Origin: Caecitellus pseudoparvulus
Lineage: Eukaryota > Protista > Bigyra: Bicosoecida
Direction: 5' to 3'
Assembly: GCA_965644315.1 (NCBI GenBank)
Contig: CBFFRQ010000052.1
Location: forward strand, 1 to 64,000
DNA: 64,000 nt
The translations under genes were made by a program, and so were the position numbers. Under the pieces are notes generated by a model. The model was not told the DNA's origin, did not search any database, and saw nothing but the letters and a program-made list of their open reading frames with translations. This document shows, in pieces, positions 35,324 through 47,802 of the stretch (position 1 is the stretch's first letter; each line of letters opens with the position of its first letter).

Positions 35324-35977
35324 TCACAGCAGCTTCAAGGGATACAGCCCAGCCGGCCCTGTGATTGCGTCGATGGCTTCCTCTGGCGCCGGCCCAATGC
35401 CCAGCACTGTGCGGGAGCCTGGAGCAACCTGAGTGTGCCCTGCATCCTCCACGATGTAGCAGGGCAGCCCTGCCTCCGCACATGCTGCTGCCACGGCGTC
35501 CATGAGCTCTTCGCTGGGGCACTTCACGGCGATCTTGGCGCAGCCCCGCCTGTCCCACGCCGCCACCCATGCGGGGCGCCCTCGCTTGGCAACCTTCCAT
35601 GATCCCAGAGATGCGTGGCAGCACTGTGCGCACTGCTTGCCCTTCTTCATGCCCAAGTCTGTGCGCACCACCATGAGCTGCTTCAGACGGCCGGCCGGCA
35701 CCTCCTCATCGCTGTCCTCCTCTGAAGACACCCCGACTGATTCGCCATCGCCACTCTCACAACCGCTCTCTGCATCTTCTTTCTCTCCCTGCCCAGACCC
35801 CGTCTCAGCCTGCTCAACGCTCGCTGCACTGGAGGGTCCCTCCCCGCCCGACAGCTGCTTTGCGCCCAGCGCAGGCAAGGCGAACACGCCCAGAGCAAGT
35901 CCCGAAGCGAAAATCGCAGCGCCGCCGGCAACAAGCTGCCACAATGGAACGTTTAATCCTGAATCTGTGCTCGCCAT
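35324..35977 (-). CDS. PTH2: Peptidyl-tRNA hydrolase 2, canonical N-terminally anchored form
   Basis: N-terminal TM LWQLVAGGAAIFASGLALGVFAL. KQLMVVRTDLGMKKGKQCAQCCHA, VEDAGHTQVAPGSRTVLGIGP, LKLL end. Confidence 0.93.
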   Translation of the reverse strand: MASTDSGLNVPLWQLVAGGAAIFASGLALGVFALPALGAKQLSGGEGPSSAASVEQAETGSGQGEKEDAESGCESGDGESVGVSSEEDSDEEVPAGRLKQLMVVRTDLGMKKGKQCAQCCHASLGSWKVAKRGRPAWVAAWDRRGCAKIAVKCPSEELMDAVAAACAEAGLPCYIVEDAGHTQVAPGSRTVLGIGPAPEEAIDAITGPAGLYPLKLL

Positions 35978-36514
35978 GTCGTATCCAGCGGGGCTAGGCA
36001 GGGAGCGTGAGCTGGCTATGCGGGGTTGCGGAAACTGGTTGATCTTCGCTCGCGCTATGCAAGGCTGTGGACAAGCCTGTGTAGAGTTCTGGGAGGAAAA
36101 GAGCACTATACCGTAACATACAAACGAGTAGAGTTTAGCACCAGTCCTCTTTCGTAGCAAAGGTCCAGGGTCGTGGCGCCACCCCTCCTGCTTCGTGCCG
36201 CTGAGTCTTTGGCTTGCCCAATTCCTCTGTGACTACCCTCCAGGCGCCAAAAACGCCATCCTCTCAAACCTGCCACTCTTGGAGAGCACAAGGAACTAGT
36301 GTGACTTCTACATCGCTCTTTGCTGCCTCATTCCCGCACCGCCAGGCAAACGTGCTGTGGGAAGCTGAAGGTCGCCCCCCTTCCTGACAACGCACGACTC
36401 GCATCAGTCTATCGTCACGCCGTCCTCGAATTCCGCACGTCAGCTCTCGTGTAGTTTCCCCACTGCCCGCATCGGCGCGCCGTCTGCAGCAGCGGCAGCG
36501 AACCGGGAGCCGTC

Positions 36515-38528
36515 ATGGAACATCAGCACCTCTCTGCGCATACCACTGTGAAGGAGGTTTCTGATCTTAGAGCTCGAGTCAGTGGAGGCGGCCCTCCTCC
36601 CAGCATGCCAGCTCTGATGCACTGCCCACTTCCCTACCACCCAGCTTATTCACACGGTCCGCATTGATTTTGACGTGCAAGGTCCCGTGCCCTCCCTGTT
36701 GCAATTTCCTCTGGTAGAGGTGTGTGACCGAACGCAGCGCAGCAAGAGTCTTGCCACCCACAGCCCGCCCCTGGTCTCCTCAGGTATTGAGCAACTTGGC
36801 ACTCCCCGCCTTCAAAGACCAAGAGTGCTCAGTGTTCCATGACATTTTGAGAAGCAAACAAGGGCAGACACTTGTGCACGTGCGTGCACAGCGTCCTTCC
36901 CGCTGGCAACCGATTTGCTGTCCACTTGCTCCCTCCCTCCACAGCTGGGGGCCTGGTGGTACATTGAAGCAGTGCTGCAGTTGCATCCTCACTCTGCAGC
37001 TGCCCAGGCAGCTTTCACGCGGCTTGCCTGCCTGTATGTCAGCTTGCAGGACAAGGTTCCCAAGTGGGGTCGGGGTTTCTTGACATTGCGGTGGCCGGCA
37101 TTCATGGCCCGAGCTCTCGCCCAGAGCATATGGCTGTGCCTTTGCTTTGCATTTCCTGCAGACCAGGGGACTCGCCTTGGCCTCTCGTGTGCTCAAGGCA
37201 TCGCAGACGTCTGTAGCATGTGGACCAGCGGCACCCTGTCGTCAAAGCTTGTGCGAGCTGAGTGGAACGGCGCAGGGGCTGCCGTCCTCGCTGCTGCACG
37301 AAGGCACCGGAAGCAGGACTTCATGTTCCCACTTCCTATATTTTACGTGAGCAAGGTTGCCAGCGGCCCCCCAGCACCTGCCGATGCTCCAGGAGTGCCC
37401 TCCACGGAGCCCACGCCGCCTGCAAAGGCCCCGAAGCAACAGCGTCGTCACATTCATGCAAAGGATACTTCAAGACGCGCACGCACTGTGAAGCTATCTC
37501 ATAGTCTGTTCGTTCAGGAGTACCTGAGGCGAGGGCGTGGGAATGCCGTGTATATGCAGCTGCGCGAGGAACTGCATGGTGCAGGGCCAGGTCCGAACCC
37601 AACGCGGCCTGAGCCGGGCCTCGCTGGGCAAGGAAGCCCCTTTTGGGGAAGCACTGAAGACTGGCTCACAGACGATGCAAGCATGGACTCCATGGGCCCG
37701 TTTGGCTCCCTCCTGTCTCAAGCCTCTGCGCGCGAGGCTCACAGCCAGCGAGCAAGACGCAAGGTGGCCCTCGCGAGGGAGGCGCTGCTCAAGCACCAAC
37801 CCAACTTGCCAGTGCAGCAGCTGCAAGACTACCCACCCTACCCAAGTCTTGCTGTAACCATGTCGTTTTCTGAGACTTCTCTGCGGGATCGCATGGTGCA
37901 TCTTGATGTGAAGCGACCTCGCGACGCAGCATGGGAGGTCGCTGACCACGAGCTCGCACTCCCGGCGCACCCGCAGCAACCCCAACCCTCCCGGGGCGAT
38001 GACCTGTCTGCTCTTTCAGTGTCGCAACAAGTGCGTCAGGCCTTGCATGCGGAGGCAGGGCCCCCGGTCTTGCGCCCGTGGAGCTTGCCCAATGGCAGCT
38101 TGAGCGTGGCAGCAGTCAGCATCCTGGAGAGTTGCGGCTCTGGCCCAGGCGCCAAGCAGCCGCCGACTGAGCCCCTCGCGAACACACCGTCATACTTTGC
38201 AGAGTTGGCCAAGATATCCGCAAGGCCTGCGGCTAATGCTGCACCCACGCCGCACAATGGCGCGTTGCTGCAAGAGACCCGCGCCCGGCTGAGCGCCAAG
38301 GCAGCCGCAATCAAACAGCGGCACAGCTCCGTCCAGCGCATGCTGAAGGTCCGCGCAACGACGCTCAGGAGGGAGCTTCGGGATGAGGCCGCTACAGTCA
38401 AGCGCATGGCCAGGGATCCGAGCACCGTGCGTGAGGAGGCGCAAGGCATTGCCCGCGAGCGGCAGACCCTGAACGAGGAAAAGGCAGCTCGCGCCGCGGC
38501 CGCCCTGAAAGCAGGGAAGGAGTGGTGA
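36515..38528 (+). CDS. FAM227/FWWh-domain-like protein, multi-exon (start uncertain)
   Basis: GAWWYI...AFTRLACLYVSL...ALAQSIWLCLCFAFP...SMWTSG and HSLFVQEYL match the FWWh pattern by eye. Upstream exons have donors at ~36720 and ~36880. Confidence 0.6.
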
Positions 38529-38546
38529 AGCGGTGCATTGCGCGTG

Positions 38547-41500
38547 TCAACCGCGCCTGCGAAGTGTGCGTGCCAGGGCAGTGCCCTGGTAGAAGAAGGG
38601 GTCCTCGCCAAACGTTGCCAGCCAGCCCCGGTGTTGCTGCGTGAGTGTGATGCCGCCCATAGACCGCAAGAAAGCGTCTTCAGCAGTCACTGCCACCCAC
38701 GCGGGGTGTTTGGCGGACGTGATGATCGCCAGCATTTCGTCCAGGCCGCCTTGGCTGACCTGCAAGGCTACGCCCTTGAGCAAGGCAATGGCCGCCTGCA
38801 CCAGCGCAGGCAAGCCCTCGAGAAGGTACCTGTCCCACACGCGGGCACACACGCGGAAGGGCAGCACCTTCGTGAAAATCGTTTGGAACCACGGCAGCAA
38901 ATACAAGTCTGGGTGCACTTCTGCCACACGTGTCGCGAACACCTTGCCTGTCTGCGGCTCCACGGCCTTCAGGATGCTAAAGAAGAGGCGGTAGAAGCGC
39001 TCCAAGAGGCTGCGGTCCATGGACAGGAAGGCGTACATGTGGTCTGTTGTGACCATGTTCAACAGCGACTGGTAGGCGACATAAGGGTCCGGGATGTGGG
39101 CTACCAGCATCCCAGCTACGTACGCCATGCCCTGCACATACCCAAGGTCTGGCCTCGTCACCGACGCCGCGTACAGCACAAGCGCAAGCTGCCGGTGCAG
39201 CGGCCCGGGCAAGTCGTCAATGGCAAAGAGGCGCTGTGCAGGGTACACTCGTTTCAGGTCTGTGTCAATGAGTGTCACGGTCGCTTCCTTGCCGAAGGGC
39301 CGCACAAGGGGCTGCGTCTCGCTGGTGGGCAGCTCAGTCGCACCGCCACCACGTGCCCGAGCCGAATTGGCAACAGCGCTTTCCACGGCCTCCCTCACTT
39401 CCACCGGCAGCTTCATGCGCAAGAGCGCCTCCAGGGAAGCGCCGCCTGGCATGTCTGGAATGTCAGGGCTGGGGCTGACTGTGCTGCCGGTCAAGTCCAC
39501 GGGGGACCCCGAGGAAGCCATGCCAACGCTGGCTGAGCGGTGCAGCGCAAGGCCCGACGAGGACGGCGCCTCCGTTGCAGTCGCAGAGCGCTCCCGAGTA
39601 CTGACGCTGCCCGGGTGTGCTGGGCGGCTGCTCGGCACGGGGAAGGGCCGGTGCGTCGCACTGCCCACCGGCGTCACACTCGTCAGCACGGCTTGCGCCC
39701 GAACGCATGCTGCGGCGAACGTTTCGGGGGTGATGCGCAGGCGGTTGCCAAGCGCGGTCGGCCAAATGCTGGCCCGCAGCGAGGGGGGGATGCCCTGCGT
39801 GGCCAGCGCCAGGGTGGCGGGCAGCGTGCGTTGCGGGCCGAAGTTGTTCACCATGCGCATCCACCGCCTCGTTGCTGCACAGCCGCGCCGCTCCTCGGCC
39901 ACCAGCGCTGCCTGGTGCTGCGCCAGCATGTCGCCTGGCAGGCGGCCCATGTTCAAGGGGATTCGGTCTTGCCCCGCGAACCGCGTGGGCATGGCGTTGT
40001 CCAGCATGTAGGCCATGGCGCGCTGCATGTGGTGCCCCGCGCTCGCAGCCTGGACGGGGGACAGGACAGCCAGGCAGTATGGCAGGCTGCCTGGGTCTGA
40101 GGCGGCAGAGCCCCGGGACCAAGCAATGCCAATGTCCCCCGGGCGGTCCCCTGCAAGGGCATCCTCTGCAGCCACCCCTGCGCCCCGGGCCTTGTCAGGC
40201 GTGCCGCCCGGCGTGCCGGAGTGGGACAGGGGTGCCTCTGAGGATGACCGTGCCCTCGTAGCACGCCGTGAGAAGGGCACCAGGTGCTTGCGGCTGCCCT
40301 CCAAGATGAGGGAGAAGTCCTTCCCCGCTGCCATGAGGCGGCAGCCCACCCAAGGAGTGCGGCGGCGTTGTGGATCTGGTGGCCGGGGAGCCTCCCCTGC
40401 GCCGGCACCTGCCGCAGACGGCTTGGCTGAGGCAGAGGGCTGCTTCGCTTGCGCACCGTGGCTGGGCACGGTGCGGCCCACCTCCACGATTCGGTGTGTC
40501 GCGGAAGTGTGGCCACTGCCCAGCTCTGCAGAGTTGTTAGAGCCCCACGCAAAGACACGCCCGCGCCACGTCCCAGCCATGCTGTGCCAGTCCCCCGCAG
40601 TGATGCTGGTGATGCGGTCCCAGGGCTGGGGGGCATCGCTCGGCGCACCGTACTGCAGCAGCGGGTGCAGCGGAACCTCCACTGGAACGGGCTGCACGGG
40701 GAAGCGGCCATCTGAGGCGGCCCTGCCCCCCTTCCGAGGACCAGAGGCTTGGAACCAAGGCTTGGCCCGGGATCCCACCTGGCCGTGATTGTTGTTGCCC
40801 CAGCCAAACACCCTGCCATCCAGCGTCAACACCAGGGCGTGGGCGTGCCCAGCTGCCGCGGCGACGACAAACGTGCGTGTGTGCTGGCGTGCAGCGATGG
40901 GCTGCAGGCGCACGGAGGCGCCTGCAGCTGGTCGGGAGGCGCTGTCCACGCTGTCTTCCTCCCACTGCTGCCCCATGAAGCGCAGGTACTGCGACGTGTG
41001 GCTGTCTGGCTCTGCTCCTCGAGGTGACACGGCGCCCCCCTGCGCGACGGATGACGCGACGCTGATGGGGGACAGCATGAGGGAGGAGTCTGCAAGGTCA
41101 CCCCCTGAGCGCGGGAGGGAGCTGGAGCGCCGCCTCGAGGCGCCTGTGAAGCTGCTGTCCAGCGTGGAGCCGGTGGTGTCGCCAGCGCCGCGGGGTACGC
41201 GGGGAGGAGTGGCCAAGGCAGAGGCTCCGCCAGGGCCAGCCTGGGCGGGGGGCACAGGGGACGGCGAGATGGGTCGAGGGCGGGGTCGGTCCGGGAGGGA
41301 GGTTGCGGGCGGGTGTCGGGGGGAGGCCGGCGCACTCCCGGAGCGTGCACGGGTCGCAGGTGGAGCCCGGCCAGGGGACGGCGCCACGTCTGCCAGCCCA
41401 CGTGCATCACATTCCTCATGCCCCCTATTGGAGCTGCCGTGGGCGTCGCCACTACGCTCCAAACCTGGCACTGCCTGAGAGGCTGCTTGAGCGCCCTGTG

Positions 41501-43864
41501 ACAGGGGCGAGGGCATGGCAGCCAAAGGCAGCGGCACTGCTACGGCCGGTGGGGCGGGGGGCGGGGGAAGGGGTACCAAGGTGGGGGTCAGGATGTCTGA
41601 CGCGGGGCCACGCCCCAGCCCCACGCCGCACTGCCCCTCCTCGCTGCTGCCCCACGTCCACACTTCGCCCTGCGCCGTGATGGCCAGGGTGAACGCGCGG
41701 CCACACACGACGCGCGTGACCCGCACGCCCTTCCACTTGCCAGCCATGCCGACGCCTAGGGCATCCCGCCCCGCGCTCATGGCCTGCAGGGGGTCGAAGG
41801 AAGTGGCGGGGTCAATGGCGGCAGCCTTGGGGCCGCCGAACAGCCACGAGAACAAGGTGCCGCCACCCCCTTCGCCGTCCCCCTTCACCACGCCGCTGCC
41901 CCGCACCAGCTTGGGAGTGTGCTGGGAGCGCGTGTCACCGTGCCCCAGGCGCCCTTGCCGCCCTCGTCCCCACGTCCACACCTCGCCTTCCAACGTCACG
42001 GCAGCACTGTGAGCGCCGCCGGCAGCCACCTGCACGACACGGCGCCCCAGCAGTGCCTGCACTGGGCGGGGCATGCACTCTGTCGCAAGCGGCGCCTTGC
42101 CTGGGTCTGCTAGGCGCTGGGCGGGCAGGCTGCTACCTGCCCGTCCCTGTCTGCGTCGTCGCAGGACAGCTGGCTCCGGCGGCAACACGGGCGTCTGCAC
42201 GAGGTCGCTTAGCCCGGAGGAGAACAGAGACAGGCAGCCAGGGTTGTACCGGGGCGTGGTAGAGGCGGGAGATGTCGGGCCACCTGGCACGTCCGCTTGG
42301 TGCTGCACCAGCGTCGGGATGCCCTCCAAGTCCAGGGCATCCAGGGGGCCGTGTCCGAGGCGGCCGTCGTCCGTGGAGCCCCAAGACATGACGACGCCGT
42401 CATCCAGCAGGGCCAGGGCGTGCTGTGGCCCTGCAGACACGCACACCACCCGGGCGCCCGTGATGGCACGGTGCAAGGACAGGCAGTGCAGCAGGCGCGG
42501 CACACGCAGCGTCCACGAGTTGGCGGCGGTGGCACCGCAGCCGACGTCTGAGATGTGCGACACCTGGTCGTCTGCCACACACCACTCGAAGACGTCCCCG
42601 TCGTCTGACAGCAGCAGCGCGCCGCCGCGCCCTCCCGACACCTGCCGCAGGGACAGGCGTGGCGTTGGCACGTACTGCAGGAGGGCCAGGGGGTCAGAGG
42701 CGGGCATCTGTGGCGCACCAGCACCTGCCGTCACGCCTGGCTGCAGGAAGGGGGTGCCTGTCAAGGGCACTGGGTACACGCAAGGGGGCGAGGCGGACCA
42801 GGGGTGGGCCGCACCCGCCCCCGTCCGCCTGCGGGCAGCAGCAGTGCTGGCAGAGGTGGTGTGGCGGCGCCGACGAGGGGCTGGGCCCTCACCTGCCTTG
42901 ACCCGCACAGGTGCGGGGGCTGCAAGCCTTCCCCCCGCACCGCCCGCTGGCCCACGGCACACGTCTGGCACCTCCCCGCTGGCGAGGTACCTGTCGCACT
43001 GGCGCAGGGCGGAGACGCGGCCCCACACGAAGACGCGCCCAATGCCAACGCTGCCAGGGTTGGCGGCAGGCGCGTCACTCAGCGCACGCGCCCTGCGCTG
43101 CTCGGCAACTGACTGGGTCCTGCTGCCTCGCCCGGCCCCTGGCTGCCCAGCGGCGTCAGCGACGGCCTGCCGCCCGGCTGGCGGCTCTGATGCATCGCGC
43201 TCCAACGTGTGCGATGGACTGGCGGGGGAGGTGCCGGTGCTGGAACTTGGCGGAGCACTTTCCACTGCCGCCTCCTCTGGCACCGTCACGGTGGCGGCGG
43301 GGGAGTCCACGGAGGAAGGCACAGACAGGGCTGAGCTGACGCTCCCCGTGCTGCCCCCCCTCGCGTGCATGCCCACTCGACCCGCCGGGAGCGTGGCGGC
43401 CACTGACAATGCGACAGAAGCGGCATCGTCTTCGCCAGGCCAGGGGCTTGTGGCATCCCGTGTGGCGCTGGCGGTGGCTCCAGAGGCATCCACGCCAACA
43501 GCGCGCAGGCGAGCCTCTCGCTGCCTCATGATGGCTTGCAACGCATCTTTCTGGCCTCGGCGGGCAGACTTTCTGCCCTGTATTTTGCTTGTGAGTTTCG
43601 CGAGCTGGGCGTCCTTCGCGCCCAGCGCAAGCCTGTGCTGCTCTTCTGCTTCAGCCAGCCTGAGGGGGCGCACTCGGGCGCGTGAAACGCTGCGCCTGCA
43701 CAAATACATCCACTGCAGGCTTTTGAGACACGCACCGCTGCTGTAAAGCTGCAAGCTGCTTTTTCAACTCTTTTTCATCCGATCTGCAGGAAAGATAGAG
43801 CGTGTGTGCCAAGGAGAAGGCCCCAAGGTCCCGCGCAAGGTGCGGCTCACGTTTCATCCACCAT
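38547..43864 (-). CDS. Coiled-coil + RCC1-repeat + TBC (Rab-GAP) protein, multi-exon at the 5' end
   Basis: RCC1 blades such as VAAGGAHSAAVTLEGEVWTWGRGRQGRLGHGD. TBC motifs GIPPSLRASIW, IDTDLKR, GYVQGM, RVWD. Small 5' exons MVDET|SDEKELKKQLAALQQR|LAEAEEQH join in frame. Confidence 0.88.
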
Positions 43865-44478
43865 GCTGCCAAGGCGACGCCCCCGGGGGTCTCCACTCTG
43901 CGCCACTTTCCGGGCACGCCCAAACGGGTGGTGCAGGCTGTGTGCAGCTTGAGCCTACAGCGCCGGGCCAGCCCCCACGCAGTCGCTGACGGGCAGGGAA
44001 GGGTCAAGAGAGGCCCTGGCTCAAACAGGGTGTCAAGGTGCCCTGCTGGCGCTGAAATTGTGGTGCTCTCCGCTTCGGAAAAGGCGCGGGAATGGTCGTG
44101 GGCCGCGGCACTCTTGCATGGGCAAGGCCAGTGCCCACGTGCGTGTGGGTATCCTGATTTGCCCAAGCCTCCTCAAGCTTGCTACCATCGGCGCTAGGGC
44201 CGCAAAAGAACCAAGCCGGAGGCCCTGCGCCAGGAGTGGCTGGGAATCCAGCTGTCACACAGGCTGCGAACAGCTGCCAGCCGCATATACTATCCAGACC
44301 GCTGCGAAACCCCAGACCGCCCAGCGCATACCCTGTGCAAGTTTTCCCGACAGCCCCTGGGGAGCAGCCCTGCCTTGCAGCTGTGAGGTGCAGGTCGGAG
44401 CTGCACTTCGCGCTGGCCTGCGGAATTCGAAGGGCCTCGCTCACCGTCAAGCCAGGTGGCACCCCACTGGAGTCTACC

Positions 44479-46481
44479 ATGGCGTGTCCTCAAGGGAAAA
44501 GGGAAATGTGGATCACTGTGGAGGGGCCCAGTCCCCGGGGCGTCTTGCTGGGTGCCTCGGACTACGTGAAAATCGTGCCCCAGAGTTGGATTGACGAAGC
44601 TGCCACCGTCTCTTCTGCGGCAAGCAACATTTACGGCCGCAAGGCCAGCCGCAGCGGAAAGGTGCGTGCGACTAGGAGTTAGAAAAGGGTCATGGTTCTC
44701 TTGTCCTGCATCTGGTGGCCTCCTTGGCGCGCGGATGTGCAGCCCGTGGGAGATTCTCTCTCGGCGCCGTGTGAAGTAGGGGTGCACTTCACGGCTGCGC
44801 ACAGAGTAGGTGCTTGCGTGGCTCACGGTGCGCCCCTCACGCGCCCACCCTCTCCTGGCCTTTGCAGTGGACTGACGAAGAGTTGGCATTTGCTCATGTC
44901 GTGATAGGGCACTTTGCCGCAGGCCTACTGCCGCTGAAGATGCACACGACCCTGCGCTCTGTGCTGGCAGTCACTTTGCGTTGCCAGCCCATGCGCGTCA
45001 GTGTGAGTTGCACCGTGTTCTAGAGCCTTTTCTCGGATGGCTACGGTTTGCATTTCAGCCTCCCCCCCAGCGCCTTGTTGGGCAGCTGCGGAGCACGTGC
45101 CCTGCTTGGGGTGTGCCGTTTCTCGGGTATGGTTGAACCTGCGTTACTTGCACTGCCGCACGCCCCTGCAACTCACAGAAGAAGTTCCCCAAGGCGTCTT
45201 CATTGGGCAAGGTGCGTGTCTCGCTGCATGGTACCGCGCAGAGGCCGCCCCACGTCTCTGTGCGGCCCAGTATTCATGCTCCTCCACACCATCACAACTC
45301 CCCCCATGCAGAAGTTGTTTTTGCCTGCCACCGATGCGAACGCAGGCTTCGAGACCCTGGAAGCCGAACAAGCTGCAGTTGACTCAGAGCGCAAGACTGC
45401 TTTCCTTCGGTTCCTGGGCAGCCTGGACGAAGCCGGTGCACCTGCCAAGAGCCATGCAGGCAGCGCTGCGCCCACGCCTGCCCAAGGGGGGCACAAGCGA
45501 GGCCGAGAGGGGGGGGCTCCTGGGGGCCACAGCGGAGGTGCGCTCGCGGCGCCTTTCTTGGGCAGGAGAGAGGCGGAGGCAGCAGGCGGCCCAGGTGCAG
45601 GCTTTTCCCATGCCTACGCTGCAGTTGAAGGCTCCCCACAGTTCCACCCTGTGCACGCCCCTCCACCAGCACACTATCCCCACGCCTATGCCTTGCCCCA
45701 CAGCGCCCACGAACTGCAGCACTCTACCGCTCACAACGCATACCCAACCACGGCGCCGGCGCCCCGGGCCGCTCCTCGCGTGGCCCTGCCCCACCCTGGC
45801 AGCATGCCCCCTCCCCCCGTCTGTGTCGGCCCCTCACACATGTACGGCATGGGCCCAGGCCACACGAGGGACGAAGCGTACCACATGCGGCAGGACCCCA
45901 TGCTGCGGCACCGGCCACCCCCTGCGGCTCACCACTACTACGAACCCCTCAACTATGACCACCTCCCGGCTGGCACGGGAAACCCTCCCTTCCATGACCA
46001 TGACGCAGCGGCAGCTGGCTACCCGCCGCCCCTGGGAAGCATCCACCTGACACCTGGTGTAGCCCGTGCATTGGCGCAGCAGCTCCTGCCGGTGCTGCGG
46101 GAGGACCCCCGTGGCATGCAGGGCCGCGACGGAGTGCTGGCTCAGGACCTGGCCCGGGCGGTGGCCCAGTCGGAAGGACGCGGCCACCCCGCGCAGGGCG
46201 GCTGGGTGGGCGGGCCAGGCGCGTGGGCAACAGTACCGCGACAGGTGCCTACTTTGGACTTGGGGCGATTGGTGCGGCAAGCGTACGCCCCTGCTCCAGA
46301 CACGCCGTCAGAGGTGGACAGACGTGCCGCGCCCGCCGCGGCGCAGGGTGGAGACAAACGCCGCCGCATGGGCAGCGCAGTGGGCGATGCAGCAGAGGCA
46401 CTGCATGCCCTGGCGCAAGCAAACCCTGACACAGCCCACCAAGGCAAAGCCAGCGTCTATGGCGTGCCCCCTTCGGAGTAG
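44479..46481 (+). CDS. Putative DNA-binding protein with RSGKWT.EE...TTLR...C.PMR.SKKF domain and a Pro/His-rich tail, multi-exon
   Basis: Spliced reading RSGK|WTDEELAFAHVVIGHFAAGLLPLKMHTTLRSVLAVTLRCQPMRV..|KKFPKASSLGK|KLFLP. Donors at ~44662, ~45003 and ~45212. Confidence 0.7.
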
Positions 46482-46551
46482 GCATCGGGTGCCTCGGCAG
46501 CCCCCTGGAGCCACACTTCAGGGATACATGGAATGTACTCGCTTGCGACAG

Positions 46552-47226
46552 TCAGCCAAGGCGGAAGCCTTTACGCCCCTTGGCTTGAGGTGCTTTGCGT
46601 CCGCGAACCTGCACTGGTGCGGCCTGCCCCGGTGCAGCAGAGGGTGCAGGAATGGCTGCTGAGCCGGCGCTGCTGCGCTGCTGCGAAGGCTCCGCCGCTG
46701 GAGTCGCAGCGCCCGCCAGCAGTCGTGCAGCCAAGGGGCAGCAGGACTGTACAACTGGAAGATCTATCATTGCGCAGCCTGCACCGTCGTCACTGGCGCC
46801 AGCGACGAAAGAGACCCGCAAGCTTGCCGCCTGCTGGCCTGGTGCGGGTGCGGTAATTGCTCCCGTGACGCGACCAACTTGGTTCACAGCGTCCTTAAAG
46901 CACTCTGCAAACACTTCAGCATCATTTGAACCGAGTCCTGATGCTACCTTCTGCGCGGAGATCGGGTAGCTAGCCGCTTCTGTGCCTCCTCGCACCGCTG
47001 ACGGCGGATAAATGCTCGAGCCACTCACCAGGTGCTTCAGCGCGGCGTCGTCCAGGTCCACTGCAGCGAGGGAGAGGCCCAAGAGCACAGCCAAGGTCAG
47101 CCCCCCCCCTTCGCTTCCTGGTGAAATGAACAGAGTGCCTCCTGGGATTGGCACTTGTGCTTGCCGACCACCCGGGCAGAGAGCTGCGATGGTGGCAGCC
47201 AAATGCGCTGAGCCACCTTCAGCCAT
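46552..47226 (-). CDS. Hypothetical protein
   Basis: 224-aa ATG-initiated ORF filling the gap between two genes, with protein-like composition. No family recognised. Confidence 0.5.
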   Translation of the reverse strand: MAEGGSAHLAATIAALCPGGRQAQVPIPGGTLFISPGSEGGGLTLAVLLGLSLAAVDLDDAALKHLVSGSSIYPPSAVRGGTEAASYPISAQKVASGLGSNDAEVFAECFKDAVNQVGRVTGAITAPAPGQQAASLRVSFVAGASDDGAGCAMIDLPVVQSCCPLAARLLAGAATPAAEPSQQRSSAGSAAIPAPSAAPGQAAPVQVRGRKAPQAKGRKGFRLG

Positions 47227-47331
47227 GACTCAAGTCGCAAGCAAGGGTGGTGTGCGGCCTGGGCGTGGATGTGCGTGGATGTGTGTGTGAAATTTTGACC
47301 TCTCAGCAGCACTGCACCATTCAAGGAGCGC

Positions 47332-47802
47332 TTAGAACAGGCGGAAGGTCTTCTTGGCAGCGGCGCTGTTGCCCTCGCGGCAAGGCTCCACAGACAGGAC
47401 GTTGAAGCACACGGTCTTGGCCAGAGGGCGGCACTCGCCGACGGTGACGACATCACCCTCCTTCACACGGAAGGCAGGGGAGACGTGGGCGGCCAGGGTG
47501 GTGTGGCGCTTCTCGAAACGGCGGTACTTGCGCACGAAGTGCAGGTAGTCACGGCGGATGACCAGGGTGCGGTTCATCTTGGTGGAGATGACGACGCCCT
47601 TCAGGATGCGGCCACGGATGGAGACATCACCAGTGAAGGGGCACTTCTTGTCGATGTAGCTGCCCTCGATGGCCTCCTTGGGGGTCTTGATGCCCAGGCC
47701 GACGTTGCGGACGAAGCGCTGGGGCTTCTTGCCCAGAGCCCGCTTCTTGTTCTCGAAGACGGCGCCCTGCTTCTGGTATGAGGCCTCGTGCTGGGTCTCC
47801 AT
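47332..47802 (-). CDS. RPS11: 40S ribosomal protein S11 (uS17)
   Basis: [62 protein letters not shown]. Strong C/G third-position bias. Confidence 0.97.
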   Translation of the reverse strand: METQHEASYQKQGAVFENKKRALGKKPQRFVRNVGLGIKTPKEAIEGSYIDKKCPFTGDVSIRGRILKGVVISTKMNRTLVIRRDYLHFVRKYRRFEKRHTTLAAHVSPAFRVKEGDVVTVGECRPLAKTVCFNVLSVEPCREGNSAAAKKTFRLF

